DNA of 64,000 nt from Phoronis australis (lineage: Eukaryota > Animalia > Phoronida): assembly GCA_002633005.1 (NCBI GenBank), contig NMRA01000032.1, positions 724,911 through 788,910 on the forward strand. The letters run 5' to 3'. Positions 1 to 31,756 of this stretch are shown in pieces (position 1 is the stretch's first letter; the number at the start of each line of letters is the position of its first letter). Both the position numbers and the translations under genes were made by a program. Below the pieces are notes generated by a model. The model was not told the origin of the DNA and searched no databases. It saw only the letters and a program-made list of their open reading frames with translations.

Positions 1-129
1 TGCCATTTTGCAAGGGCAAGCTAGTAAGTTCCTGAACATACTCCCAAAACACTCTCCTTTCATTCATGTGATTTTGCATGATCTTTTCTCGCAACACACT
101 TAGTCAATGGAACGCCACCCAGCACAAAC

Positions 130-3100
130 CTTCCATAAGCTCCATCGACATGTCCTCAATAAACTGGTCCCACCATTTGCCTTTGAAGCCAGGCGGTTTG
201 TCCTGCCAGTCGGTGATCTCAAACTTGTTGAGCCGGCTAGCTAGGTACATGAGTGACACGGCAATGATCTCGGGTTCCCACTGAAGACACAGAGATGTGC
301 AATAGCTGAAGAAGAAAGTTATGTCAACCTAATAAAGGAAACAGGTACCGGAGTATTAAAGGCACAACAGTGAATTGTGAGCCAATCTCATACCTTGCTC
401 GCTGATGCTTTGATCCACTTAGAATGTTCCTATTGCCTCAGCTAGAAATGAAAGTGGTTCCAACGCTTTCTAAACAAATTTGAAAAAGATGGTCGGTATG
501 TCATTATTCTAAAACTACTTTTTAAGTACTGTAGTAACACTCAGACACACAAATCTGACGTATTCAAGTCAGAACTTTCTCTTTAAAATATGAGCAAAAC
601 CACAGAAACAACTTCAAAATAAAATCCAGGTTCTCATTCACTCCCTTGCATACACTCACTACTAGAACCAAGCTTAGAGAAATAAGGGACACCTTTTGTG
701 CAACGCTCGATTGTCTGCCAGTGAAGCCAGGATTTGAACCTGGTCTCCCAAACGAGGGTCCAGACCTCAAACCCGAGCCACACCGTCTCCTCAAGTCAGA
801 ACTCCATTAAAACGTTCCAAAATAGGGCGATCCGCAACTACATTATGTTACAGATAAAGCTGAATGATGGGTTAAACACTTTTTAGCCTATTTCAAAACT
901 GTGTTCATTCAATAAAACATTAATCACATCAAAAATTGCAAAGTGTCTTGATGAAATCAAAAAAAAACAACACACCACAACAAAGCCTGCGAGACATTCT
1001 GAAAGCAAATTTGAATATTATATTTAACAGAGCTTATTAAGTAGAAAGACAAGTATGTAAACTCACATCGCATTAACGCAAGTTTTCCACTAAACAAAGG
1101 TTGTGAGGTTTCCTAACTAGAAAACTAAATGTTTCAAAAATACCCACCCATCATTAATAAAAGTCCAAGACATTTGCACCATCTTCTGTATTTTGGCTTT
1201 GTCTCCCCTGAGTGTCTTGGCATACTTCAACAGGAAAGAGTAAGGGTGCTCCACCTGCAGGTCAAACTTGATGGTCTGCAGCAGGATGCGCTCCATTGTC
1301 ATCACCTCTTCCTGCGGCAAAACACGGCCATTATGTGGATGCAAGACAACAATAGATGTAGCTGCACACACTTGATGCCGTCACATATGTCAGTAATAGT
1401 TCATCAACGTAAGCACAAGTTTTTAATTCGCAAAATGACCAGGGGGTGTGCCCGCACATTGAAAATCCAGACCCACACATAACCTTGGTGTGAAATCTGT
1501 ATTAATCGTCCCTATAAATTAGAGTCTGCAACATAACATAGGCGGATTTAGGGGGGGGCCCAGGGGCCCGGACCCCCCCCCTTCCCCTTGGCTGGCACAA
1601 AAAAAATAAAACAGCAAGAGCGTAGGGAAACGTTGAGTTTATTAATTTGCCCCGGTAATTAAAATTATGCGGATGAAAAATTATCTAAATGTGTGCAGTT
1701 TTAGTGTTTGGAGGGGNNNNNNNNNNNNNNNNNNNNNNNNNNNNNNNNNNNNNNNNNNNNNNNNNNNNNNNNNNNNNNNNNNNNNNNNNNNNNNNNNNNN
1801 NNNNNNNNNNNNNNNNNNNNNNNNNNNNNNNNNNNNNNNNNNNNNNNNNNNNNNNNNNNNNNNNNNNNNNNNNNNNNNNNNNNNNNNNNNNNNNNNNNNN
1901 NNNNNNNNNNNNNNNNNNNNNNNNNNNNNNNNNNNNNNNNNNNNNNNNNNNNNNNNNNNNNNNNNNNNNNNNNNNNNNNNNNNNNNNNNNNNNNNNNNNN
2001 NNNNNNNNNNNNNNNNNNNNNNNNNNNNNNNNNNNNNNNNNNNNNNNNNNNNNNNNNNNNNNNNNNNNNNNNNNNNNNNNNNNNNNNNNNNNNNNNNNNN
2101 NNNNNNNNNNNNNNNNNNNNNNNNNNNNNNNNNNNNNNNNNNNNNNNNNNNNNNNNNNNNNNNNNNNNNNNNNNNNNNNNNNNNNNNNNNNNNNNNNNNN
2201 NNNNNNNNNNNNNNNNNNNNNNNNNNNNNNNNNNNNNNNNNNCCCCCCTCCCGACCTCCCCCCATTCGGTGCTATGCGCGTCTACAATCGTGGTTTGCGC
2301 AAATGCTTACAGCCGGACAAGATGTTGGGCCCCCCCCTTGTGATATCCTAGATCCGCCACTGCATAACAAATTATGTAAAGAACAAATTAGGATGTAATG
2401 TTAGGGATTATGATTAATATACTAAATCGTCTGCATAGCTAGAAGGTCACGGGTTGAAAACTGGAATACATATTAGATAATTTTAAGCAGTAGGTGGCCT
2501 GTATAATGTAACAAAAATACTTATACCGTAAAAGAAGACATCAAATAAGGCTGAAAATTTTCATGGTAAAAACCCAGGCTATATTACACGAATTTCAGAA
2601 TTTGCATACATATAGCAAATGTGATTATGACTTTCAATTGAAATGTCATTTGATCCTGCAGTTTTATCACACTCTTTGAGAAAGGGTGATGATGCATAAA
2701 ACCTTGGGTTTTTATTAAAACTTTAGTTTTGCTCACCTTTTGTCATTGACAAAGACTTTCAAAATCTTCTAATAATTTCAACCACTGTTTGAGACCATAC
2801 CCTAAGCTTCATAACAGACATCAGTGGCAGATTTAAGGGGGGGCAAGGAGGCCATAATCTCCCCCCCTCCCTCCTAAAATTCTCCAGATAACATTTGGCA
2901 GTTTGTGGGTGCGAATGTCTGACAGGGAAAATCCTGGCTAATACTCTGCCCTGCCCCCCCAACTCAAAATCCTGGATCCGCCCCTGGACATAAACCACAG
3001 CTTCCCAGTGTACAGAGGTACTGAGCACATACTAACCTTGGGATCACTACCAAAGAGCGAGAACTGCTGGTCAGGCAGAATGCCACGCACAGTCTTAATG

Positions 3101-5107
3101 ATATCTTTGCACTTCTTGGGGGTCTCCTCCACCTTACCTGCCAAGAACAGGCAGGTAGTCGCAATCACCTACAGTCAGAACAGCGATAGTTAATAATGGC
3201 GATAAGAGGATCAGAGCTGGAAAAATACGAGTTTGACGTTGTACACTACATAACAGCAGGGATCGACTACTAAGGAGGTTGCCATGGTTTCCTAGTGACT
3301 GAAAGGGACATTATGGACGAGAAAGGATCATCAGAGATCAGTCTGAGCTCGGAATCGAACCTGTAACCCTGCGGTTTCAGTCTATTGCTCTTTTATCGGC
3401 AAAGTTCAATCCCACTTGATAAATGAGTATTTTAAACACATTTAACTGGCAAAACCAATCTTGATCTGGAAAACGACGATGAGAATTAGCGATTTGTAAT
3501 AAAAGCACATTTAAACAAGACCAGTCTTCAGATAATCTTGAATAACTCAAGAACAGTAAGATCTAGAGAAAAAGAAATTACACACTTCTGACAGACCTTG
3601 AAACGATCCATCCACAGAATTTTTTATCTTAAACAATACCACCAGAAACAATGGAGTAATGGCTCTGCAAAATCAAAAAAATGGCTGCCACAGCGCCATC
3701 TTGCATCTGATTTTAATGAAAAATAATTGGCTTTGAGTCATTCACAAGACTTAAGTTGTATGTAAAATTTCACTTTGATCTGATAAGAATTGCAAATCTG
3801 TTGTGTGTGAACAAAGAAAAAAAAACACTAAATTTCATGACAAAGCAGTAGACTTGGAGAAATTTCACTTCACCAAGTAATGAATCCACCTTCCATAAAA
3901 AATACTTTTACATTATTAAACTGGTGTCAACTTGTTCCTTATTCAGATTAGAGGTGATTTCTGCGGGAGTGAAAAAATGGGTATGGTTCGAAAAGGTAGA
4001 GCTCAGTAAGTTGGCTTGTCATGGTGGGTTATTGTATACGGTGAGCTTGTTACAGTGGGTCATTGTATGCGGCGAGCTTGGTCTCAAGCAATAACAGACT
4101 GTTGATTATTTACAAGCCAAGCAATGTGTTCTCAAGTATTTTTTATGGAAGGTGAATTTGTTACTTGATGAAGTGAAATTTCCCCAAGTCTATAGCTTTG
4201 TCATGAAATTTGGTGGTTTTTTCTTTGATACTTATCTACAGATTAATTTTTGCATCTCAACGACAAGAAATAACTCAAGATTATCTCCGATGACGGTCAA
4301 TGTAAGGGCATGTACTTACATATCTGTAGAATTCTCTGAATGAATGATACATGTAGAATCTGTGAAAGTAAACCACACCTGTGGCACAAGTGTCATGGCG
4401 ACTGTTTTAGTTGTCAAGGGAAACATCAAAGTATAACATGGATGACCAACATCAAAATAATTCTGACTTCGTAGGCCAAAACAAAATCAAAGTCGGTTCA
4501 GGATTTTAATTTTGAGAGACCTGCACTCACAGTATCAACAGGGATAATAATAATGTACTGGATACTGAGCAAAGACAGTTCAACCGAAGAATCCATGAGT
4601 TTCCAAATACTGCTACGCACAGCTTCAGTCTGAATGGTTATAAAGACCGTTAACACCTTCTGAGGATTTACTATTGTCTCCTTAGACTTGATTTCAGGCT
4701 TGAACCTCATCGTCCAGATACATTCACTAGCGCCACCTTACAGCTAACTAATGACATAGAGTGACCAAAATGTATGGCAGGCTGGTATCGATAAGCTGTC
4801 AGTAGACTTTAACCAAATTGCTGAGAGCAAATTTCAATTATACTATTCTTTGACAATTGTCTTTGTTGTTAGTGATGTTCCAAAAATGAAATGAATCCTC
4901 AGACTACAAAGCGCCATAACGAAATGAATAGATTCAACAATCTCAACAATGAAAGTGTTGCATAGGATACAGGCCAAGTTTCTGGCCAGCTTCATTTATG
5001 AAGCGAGCACCTTCCCGCCTGTACCGAGCTTCTGTGTCAAAATCAATGCCGTCACGAATTGATGGAGTATTCCTCAGATCTTTTTTGTCATAGTACCAGC
5101 AAGGCAT
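130..5107 (-). CDS. CCNK: Cyclin K, 5' part; the gene continues beyond the left edge of the window
   Basis: Exons with GT-AG boundaries and consistent phase: 5107-4971 ([46 protein letters not shown]), 4401-4320 ([27 protein letters not shown]), 3168-3037 ([25 protein letters not shown]), 1311-1148 ([32 protein letters not shown]), 305-130 ([25 protein letters not shown]...WW). These are the characteristic cyclin K cyclin-box motifs. Confidence 0.96.
577..790 (-). mobile_element. tRNA-derived SINE in a cyclin K intron
   Basis: Minus strand begins GGAGACGGTGTGGCTCGGG (A-box-like) and contains GGTTCAAATCC (B box). It is flanked by a perfect 13-bp direct repeat TCAAGTCAGAACT (564-576 and 791-803), consistent with a TSD. 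Confidence 0.75.
1537..2362. mobile_element. Non-autonomous TIR element (MITE) spanning the N gap, 5-bp TSD
   Basis: Termini CATAGGCGGAT...GATCCGCCACTG, G/C-run subterminal blocks, CATAA on both flanks. The interior is hidden by the gap. Confidence 0.6.
1717..2242. other. Assembly gap (N run)
   Basis: Continuous N run; ORFs spanning it are artefacts. Confidence 1.
2822..2986. mobile_element. MITE, CAGTGGC(A/G)GAT family, 5-bp TSD
   Basis: Termini CAGTGGCAGATT...GGATCCGCCCCTG; GACAT on both flanks. Confidence 0.8.
3300..3400 (-). mobile_element. Degenerate tRNA-like SINE head
   Basis: Minus strand reads GACTGAAACCGCAGGGTTACAGGTTCGATTCCGAGCTC, a B-box/T-arm-like motif. No intact cloverleaf; boundaries approximate. 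Confidence 0.4.
4402..4970 (-). other. U12-type (minor spliceosome) GT-AG intron in cyclin K
   Basis: 5' splice site reads GTATCCTA (U12 consensus RTATCCTT). A branch-like TTTCCCTTGAC lies about 12 nt before the AG, and there is no polypyrimidine tract (AACTAAAACAG). Confidence 0.85.
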
Positions 5108-7440
5108 CTAAAATGGAAAATGTGGATAGTGTTATTTTTACACATTTGTGAAATTCCTTAAGTGTACTGGATTTAACATATGGAATTGTAAAAACCTTTC
5201 TACTTCGACCTCGGTGATCCAAAGCTATATAGTTTTACAGCTCAACTCGATCTGGTACCACGGCTTATGATTACGACGAGCCCGGTATGAACGCAAAGCC
5301 CAGCGTGGAGCTTGCAAGCGTGTCTGTTGACGCAGTTGCGGTCTTCAATGGTTGAACAACAGCACAAGATCGCAAAGAATCACATATATAAATGGAGACA
5401 CCAATTCACCCTCACCTCAGTCAGTGTCAGTAATCGGGTATGTAATAGTGAAAACAATATAAATTCAACAAAAAATCGAACTTGACGAAGCAGTCTGTTC
5501 ACCGATCATGGCGTCCTCCATTATTACAAGCGACACCTTGCGGCAAATATACAAACTATTATACCTGCAGCAGGGCCGCAGCTCAGGGAGACGGGTACGG
5601 GTCTATCCTGCAGCAGTCTCTTTTTTTCTTTAGTGGCTAGATATGAATCTGTAGCGAAACGAATTTTCTTCGAGAAAAAAATGGGAAGTACCATATCTGG
5701 CAATTGTCATAATATGCACGTTAGTCGATTGTCTCCACATGAGACCGGGACTGATGCCGCCTTCAGTTTCCCGGGGCTGCAGGCCGGAGCAGAGCCGGCC
5801 GGCGGTCTCAATCGCGTTTTTGAACATATGTCGTCGTTTTTTTTCAATTCTGGGAGAGGGTGCTGTAGCCAGAAAACTTAGATAGGTTACATACAATAAA
5901 ATTGAAAGGGGTCACTTTTCCATCACTGTCATCATCATTGCACCGCGTCACGACGCGCGTCGAAGTTATAGCTACGGTACTGAGTAGGACACGATGATTT
6001 GATTAAAGAGAAACAAAACGCGGAAACTGGTCAAAAATATCTTTTAAACAATTCCTGTAGAAAGTATGCGTACCATATCTCGCATTAACGTCTCAGTTAC
6101 TGCAGAGTTACTTGCTTTCTTTAGCTCAGTGTGAGGTTTTTCAGAAAAAATCATGATTCACTATATTTGAATTGCGCACGACCAAAAAAGTCTGTTGTCA
6201 CCCGGAGTTTTTAATCTCCGACCCTCCCACTTATGAGAAATGCGCAAATGCGCCCACAGTCATTCGACAAACAGCTGACTTTTCAGATGAGTTCGTTGTT
6301 TGAAATCACAGTAACTGTATTTTTTTGCCGTATGACAAGTGCCATACTGCAGTACTGCGGCGGGTATAATGCCCAAAATTACTATACAGGCCCCCGCCCG
6401 ATCTACGCNAAATTACTATACAGGCCCCCGCCCGATCTACGCCCCTCCCTTCACCTCCTCTCAAACAGTGAGTACACTCTTCAAGCGTACACGATGCTTA
6501 TTGATTGCTCAAGTGTATCATGTCCGGGCAAAGACTGGTAGACAAGCCAAATTGTGTCCCCAAGCTGACTTGGAATTTGAATTGAACGGCCTGCTGGGTC
6601 ACCATATCTGAAAATATTTATCACAGGCCTCTTAAGATGAAAGGGTCTGTGCCTTAAGAACAGTCTAAAAAGCGACAGTTGATGCTATCAGTATGAAAGG
6701 ATTGGAACTAATTATAAGAATCAGGACGAGTGGCTATCATCGGGTCTTCTAGCGGCTTGTCCCCGCTCCCCTTCGAGAATGCGCCCACTCAAATAAAAGG
6801 ATCTGCACTTAAAGAACTGGCTCCTCAAGGTGACAATAACCCGCGTTCCGTCGAAGAAACTACCTTTTAATATTGATTAAGATAACTTACTGCTACAAAA
6901 TTGATAATTTGTTCCTTCAGTTCGTAGAGTCTATTCTCAATACCGCCGCCGTCAATTTTAGACCAATTTCAGAACGGTAACGGGGTTATCTAAATCAAAA
7001 GTTTTTTGTGACGGAAGGATGATTTATAGCCGCTCTTATAATAACTGAAAGGGTTTTATGACAAACGAAACCGTTACGGGCCGCCACAGGGGAAGTTCTC
7101 ATGATTACTGAGATGCTCGGTTTCACCCGTGGCATGCAGGATTGGCCATAACTTATGTCACTTCCTCCCGTTGACGTACAATGTTTCATGTAATTGTCCG
7201 TATAGATGTACATGTTGAGCTTTCCAAAAAAAATCAATTAGCGCGCTTTTTAAATTGCAAATAAACAGGCAATAATGCAGGGCTTGCTGTGATTGCTAAG
7301 CATTGTGGCATATTTCTAGAGCCGGGTCAGACTCTTGTTGGAAGAATATGACGTTGTGAGAACGCACATTCAGTTCATGTATTTGCAGCTTTATTTTTTG
7401 GAGTTCTATTCAGTTTCCTATTCAATAAAACTACTGTCGG

Positions 7441-8182
7441 TCTTTTGATTTCCATTCGTACGTGTTCTAGCGGTGAAGTCGAAACGCTACTTCATCCATT
7501 TTATTACAAGTATATATTTGAGTGATTAAATCGTGTTTTCTCACGTTGCTTAAGTATTCATGGGACTACCTGGGCAGTCCAATACCAACTGAAATAACAA
7601 CAAATCCATTCAGGTGCGGTTTCAAGCGGGTTTATTAGCTAGAAAAAAATTGTGCACACGTTTGTTGCGTCTTTGGGTCCAGGAAACCGGGGTGATATTT
7701 TCACTAAGCGAGAACTTGTGAAAGACAAGAATCACACATATAAAGGCGCCACTCTAACAATGTCAGTGTTGTCAGTGGCAGATCTACGTTTTCAGTAAGG
7801 GGAGTTAAGNTCTTTTGATTTCCATTCGTACGTGTTCTAGCGGTGAAGTCGAAACGCTACTTCATCCATTTTATTACAAGTATATATTTGAGTGATTAAA
7901 TCGTGTTTTCTCACGTTGCTTAAGTATTCATGGGACTACCTGGGCAGCCCAATACCGCCAACTGAAATAACAACAAATCCATTCAGGTGCGGTTTCAAGC
8001 GGGTTTATTAGCTAGAAAAAAAATTGTGCACACGTTTGTTGCGTCTTTGGGTCCAGGAAACCGGGGTGATATTTTCACTAAGCGAGAACTTGTGAAAGAC
8101 AAGAATCACACATATAAAGGCGCCACTCTGACAATGTCAGTGTTGTCAGTGGCAGATCTACGTTTTCAGTAAGGGGAGTTAA
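7441..8182. repeat. ~370-bp near-identical tandem copies across the single N at 7810 (probable contig overlap or haplotype artefact)
   Basis: 7441-7809 matches 7811-~8182 apart from a few SNPs and indels; the junction is exactly at the N. Confidence 0.85.
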
Positions 8183-8314
8183 GGATTCGCGTGGATCCGA
8201 GGCGCGTAGCGCCGAGCGGGGAGGAGGTCGATTCCCCCCTCCAGTGTCAGATTATTTTGGTTTTTGTAGCCAATTTCGTTTTCCTGACGACGTTATACCG
8301 TAGGTCCGCCTCTG
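8147..8314. mobile_element. MITE, CAGTGGCAGATC family, 5-bp TSD
   Basis: Termini CAGTGGCAGATCTACG...CGTAGGTCCGCCTCTG; GTTGT on both flanks. Confidence 0.8.
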
Positions 8315-8368
8315 GTTGTGGGTGATTTAGAAAGAAAAACGACACACAACTTGTAATACATAAAATAC

Positions 8369-8374
8369 TTTATT
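8369..8374 (-). terminator. Candidate poly(A) signal of the PAP gene (implies a ~2.7-kb 3'UTR)
   Basis: Minus-strand AATAAA followed by GT/T-rich sequence (GTTGTGTGTCGTTTTTC), with a T-rich UTR-like tract running from the stop at 11066. Confidence 0.45.
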
Positions 8375-11065
8375 TGCGTACCTTGTACAGATATTTTACA
8401 GAATTTACAAGTTGCCTACTCGGGGTAGGTCGACTTTCTCACAAAATATGATTCGGGTATGAAAATGCAAGGGGAATCAATAAAGACTGTTAGACAGGCA
8501 ATGAGTGGAAGAAGAACACGTGACAGGCCAGGATGAATGTTGCAGTCTTCTTTTGATCCAGTAACAAATTACTTTTCAAGAGGTATAAACACAACAGACA
8601 CGCCACCTATTGTGCCAACATACAAAACTAATCATTCACTACAAATCTTATCTCAGAAGTCACTTTTCATGCACTATCAGAAATATACCAGTGGTGATGA
8701 CTGCCCGTCCACAACACAAGTGTTAAAATATCTATACAGTTTATACATTTACAAGACATGGCCAGTCACACAAAATACGATTTTTAGATTACACAGAAAG
8801 TTGTGAAATCCATGGTTTCCCATTCACACTTATTTTTCTCAAGGGGTTTCTTTATTTAGGACAATATCATAACTCAACCCCGTTTGTGAGTATATTATAC
8901 ATACTTACCTAAGACCGTTCACACATCCAAGCAAGCATCGCTGGTGACAACAATCAGTGTAAAAGTTTCCATGTGAAACTACTGACCACCAACTCAGGAT
9001 CCCTGCCGTGGAGGCTGACCGATTCAGCAAAAACGGAAACATGGCTAGTCCTATATACTATTACAGATACAAAAAAAGAAATGATTTTATCCACATATAA
9101 ACAGAACTCATAAGCAATAAACTAAACAGAAAATAAACGATCACATAATTGGCTGAACCAGATTTTGATATGAACTTCGCCAAAAATCTTAAATGCACTA
9201 AATCTTGCTCAAGCCAAAATGATGTCAAAATTCCATTTATTGAATCCTTCAACCCCTTTCTCGCTACCTCAGATAGGACCTTTGTTTAGTCAATCTCAAC
9301 TGCATGCACACCAGCCAATTGGATTGCATTCCCTGATATGAATATTCATAGCATAATGATGTCATAGCAATGTTTGAACCTTGGATGATTGAAAACTGCA
9401 AAACATAAGAAGCAACACTTCCTCACCACTTAGTAATATGATACATAAGGCAAGAGGTTAGTGAACAGATGAAGATGAGCTTTTTACAAGTATTGCTAGA
9501 AAGCTCTGAACCCACATGGCAACTTACATGGTCAAAACATATTAGCCTGTTCGTTGAAATTAGCCCTACCATTGAAAACGGCATCAAGAACAATGCAGAT
9601 ATTAGATGTGCAAAAAACCATGAGACTTTATAAGCTATAAGCCCAGAAACATTTTTTTACTGCACTACATGAGCTTTGTATTCAAATTTGCCTCTATTTC
9701 TAAAGTATAAAACAGTGCCAAGAGGATAAAAAAATTAATACAAAATCTTGAGTGATTGTTGCTAAAGGTTACCTAGGACCCTAGAAAAAATGTACAAATT
9801 TGGCTAACCGTTTCCAAAAATTTTACCTGAAAAATGGCTAATTGGATTCATATAAAACTTTCAGGTGCTTTGTGTTGTGCACTGTTCTCCTAAACCCTAC
9901 TAGGAAATTTTTCAAAGTGATCAAAAGTTGGATAAAATGAAAACAAAAATGATAACTTCGAAAACTGTAACAGTGTTATTGAGATTTCATCTTGAATATT
10001 TGATTGTGTTATACCCTTGTTTTGCTCTAAATGTACCCATCTTTCTCATAAGTTACTAAAAAACACATGGCCACATGACCCAATTAAAGGCAGATTGGTA
10101 AAAAGTCAACAACCAAATTCTACAGGCTCTATACTTTACTGTGTTAAAACCGTTTTGCAGATATTTGTTTAAATATCCAGACTTCCTGCATAACCTTGAA
10201 AACACGTGGTATTATGTTGCTACAATCACCTTTGACCTACCACAGGCTCAGTGAACAAACGAGAGGACAAGGACTCCCAATTCAGAGATCTTTAGGTTCG
10301 ACTGTACTAATACAGAATGAAAAACTTATACCACCAATGTGCGTTTCATTTTCTGCAGTACCAAATGAGAAAATTAGATTGTCAATGGACATTCCTACTT
10401 TTACAGTGCCGAACAGAGATAAATTACCTTTGAAGGCACATAACTAAAACTAGCAGAGCATGGGTAAGAGACACTAAAGAAGTCTTAAACTTTCTATATC
10501 ATATGATAATTTTTGTAACAGAAACCCACTACAGGTCTACCTAAAATATTTTCTGTAAAATGAAAGTCAACAGGAGTATTTCTACCAAGAATGCAATCTC
10601 TGCCTCACAAACAAGACCTGAAGCTCCAAAAATGCCATTTAGAAGGCAAACGTTAACAGAACCGACAGTTTTCATAATGATTTTTTTCACATTATTACCC
10701 GGAGTCCAGACAACTCAATTTCAACAGTTCTTTGACACATATTTGTGAACGTGTATGCCACCATTTAATTAGGTTCTATTTACATTAAAACCACTCACAT
10801 GGCGTCCGCATGGACAGAGAAAGTCCATGACATCACAAGAAAATAAAGACACTACTGATTTTACTGAGACATCGAGAGCATCAACAGGAGTTGTCGAAGG
10901 TATCGTGTGATCTATGCTTAACCTAAAATCACACATCAGCCACAGTGCAGCTCTGAATGAACACTTCGCAGACACCCCCGGATCGTTACATGAAAATCTC
11001 TCATCAAAATCCGATTCTAAGCTCACTAGCCATGAATGCTGGCAGAGTCTAGCAGGGGTGATTGA

Positions 11066-29783
<18,718 letters not shown>

Positions 29784-30439
29784 GAAACTTAGATCAACAT
29801 GTAGAGCTAAAGACCGGCGGGGGTGTATGAAAAATTTGAGAGTCAATCAACTCTCACCTTGCCCGTTACAGCCATTAAAGTGAAAAACAATCTAGTAAAC
29901 GCCATTTTCTTGCGTAATTCTCCGCTTTTTGTAACAAAAAAAGTTATTTCGTCATTTTGAAAATAGAACACTCATAGCACGCGCACGCGTCATTTCCTAA
30001 ATTTTTGCAACATCTCGCGGAAGATTATGACAGCTTTGCAGCAGCAACATTTGTTCTGAAATTCAGTTTGCTGGTATTAAAAAACAAAAAACTTATAAGG
30101 AAATGAAACCAGTTATGATAACTTGTTGTGACATGCAAGCAACCTCGTGGAAGAACAATTGACTGAACAATCTGTGAAACAAGAAATTGGCCAATAGGTG
30201 ATGCAATATTTCACACGCACCGAAACACAGGCAAAAGCCGACGCAAAGATCGCTAAACAATTTTAGCGGCAGAATAACAGTAGAACGCCAAGTTTTCCAA
30301 AACCGATAAATAATTTAAGGTACTCAAAAAAAACACAAGTAAAGACACTAATTTTGTGTTAAATTTTATCTGCTCAGTTTTTTTACCCACATAGGCGCAA
30401 AGCTGTATATATTTAATACACAGTTTTGGGCTCTAGTCG

Positions 30440-30545
30440 GATATTATGCCGTGGACCCTGATTTAGAGAACCAGGCAATCCCTGAATAACAGACATTATT
30501 TAGTGGACAAAACTGGTTCTCCAATTCAGGGTCCATTATATCCCA
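30440..30545. mobile_element. Short foldback/MITE (copy at ~32525-32632)
   Basis: Inverted repeat GGACCCTGATTTAGAGAACCAG and CTGGTTCTCCAATTCAGGGTCC. Confidence 0.6.
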
Positions 30546-31480
30546 CTATCACCCAGTTTTGTATCGTCCACGACGAACATGAATACCCAAACATTACATA
30601 CTGGGAAGTTGCACCCCATCCCTGCGACACATACCCAGTATCTCTACAACATTGACTGCTCCCAAGGGTCAGGATCTGAGCTATTGACACTGTCGGCGAC
30701 CCTTCACAGTCATCTGCCGTTGAAACACAGGTCTACAAAATCTAGCAACACCTGGACATGCTGGACCAAGCCAAACCTCATGACTTCATCAGTTTTCAAG
30801 CAACTACATTCAGCGTCAGCACTATTACGAGTGCCAATAATAAATTAAGTTACAACAACGAATACTAAAACGAACCTCGTCATGATGAAGCTTGTGAAAC
30901 TCTCCGGTCATTAAAAACGGCGAGTAAATGGAAGCAATGTGAGCAAGGAGTTAAAGTGTAACCAACAAAAGAGTTCAGACTGTCGCGGCCATGATGCCTG
31001 AAAATCAGTCTCAATTACAAAAATATTGATGTTGAATGATTCTAAAACACTTAAATTAGTAATCTATTTTGAGCATATGCACGCTAATATTGATATAATT
31101 GCTTAATTTTTGGTTAAAATTGATGATTTAAGGATAAATTTACGTATACATTCAACACTAGTATAAAAATACTGGTTTTGAGCTTAAAATGAACTGGAAC
31201 ATGTCAAAAGTGAGGATAGTCAAATTTTTCAATTAAAAAATAAAATTATGTCATTTTGTGCAATATGTAACAAATAACATTGTTTTATTTGCAAATTTTA
31301 TGTTTTTTAATTTTTTTGGATTTCTATTGCCAAATATATGATCGTTTTTGATAACTTTTACATACACTCGCAATGTTTTGGTTCAAAGGTTAACTCATCA
31401 GGCCACCGTCCTGACGTCGAAATTGTTGTCGAAGTGATAATGAATTTTTACGTTCTCTTTAACTCACATCTCTTTCAGAA

Positions 31481-31701
31481 ATGATTGACTTTGTTTATTG
31501 GATAAAGGCGTATCTCTTGGAGAGTGCAGAAGGATGGGTAGTCGCAGTCAAATCTCATATTTTGCGTGTTCTTTTGAGCCTGATCATTCTCGTGATTTTG
31601 CTATGGATTTCAGTATTCTCGTATGGAAGTTTCTACTATCTCTATATGCCAACAGTATCTTACACCAAGCCAGTAAATTTCCAGTTTAGACCACCTTTGA
31701 G
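31481..31701 (+). CDS. BSCL2: Seipin first coding exon, duplicate copy (probably the other haplotype)
   Basis: Encodes the same peptide as 33567-33787 and sits just before the single-N join at 31756. Confidence 0.7.
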
Positions 31702-31756
31702 GTAATTGAATAGTTTTGCAATGTGATTGAATTGTTTGTTGGTCTTCTGTAATGAN

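Noticed and set aside
700-790. Functional tRNA gene (also ~3340-3385)
   Set aside because: A B box is present but there is no complete cloverleaf; the first is bounded by a TSD, so both are treated as SINE heads.
1667-2398. Four ~200-aa ORFs in the ORF track
   Set aside because: They consist almost entirely of the N gap.
6378-6441. ~32-bp direct repeat
   Set aside because: It flanks the N at 6409; contig-overlap artefact.
29858-29905. MAFTRLFFTLMAVTGK|GTGAGA as the PAP first coding exon
   Set aside because: It is phase 0 but exon 2 needs phase 2; the donor and second ATG are mutated in the duplicate block (~31968-31986).
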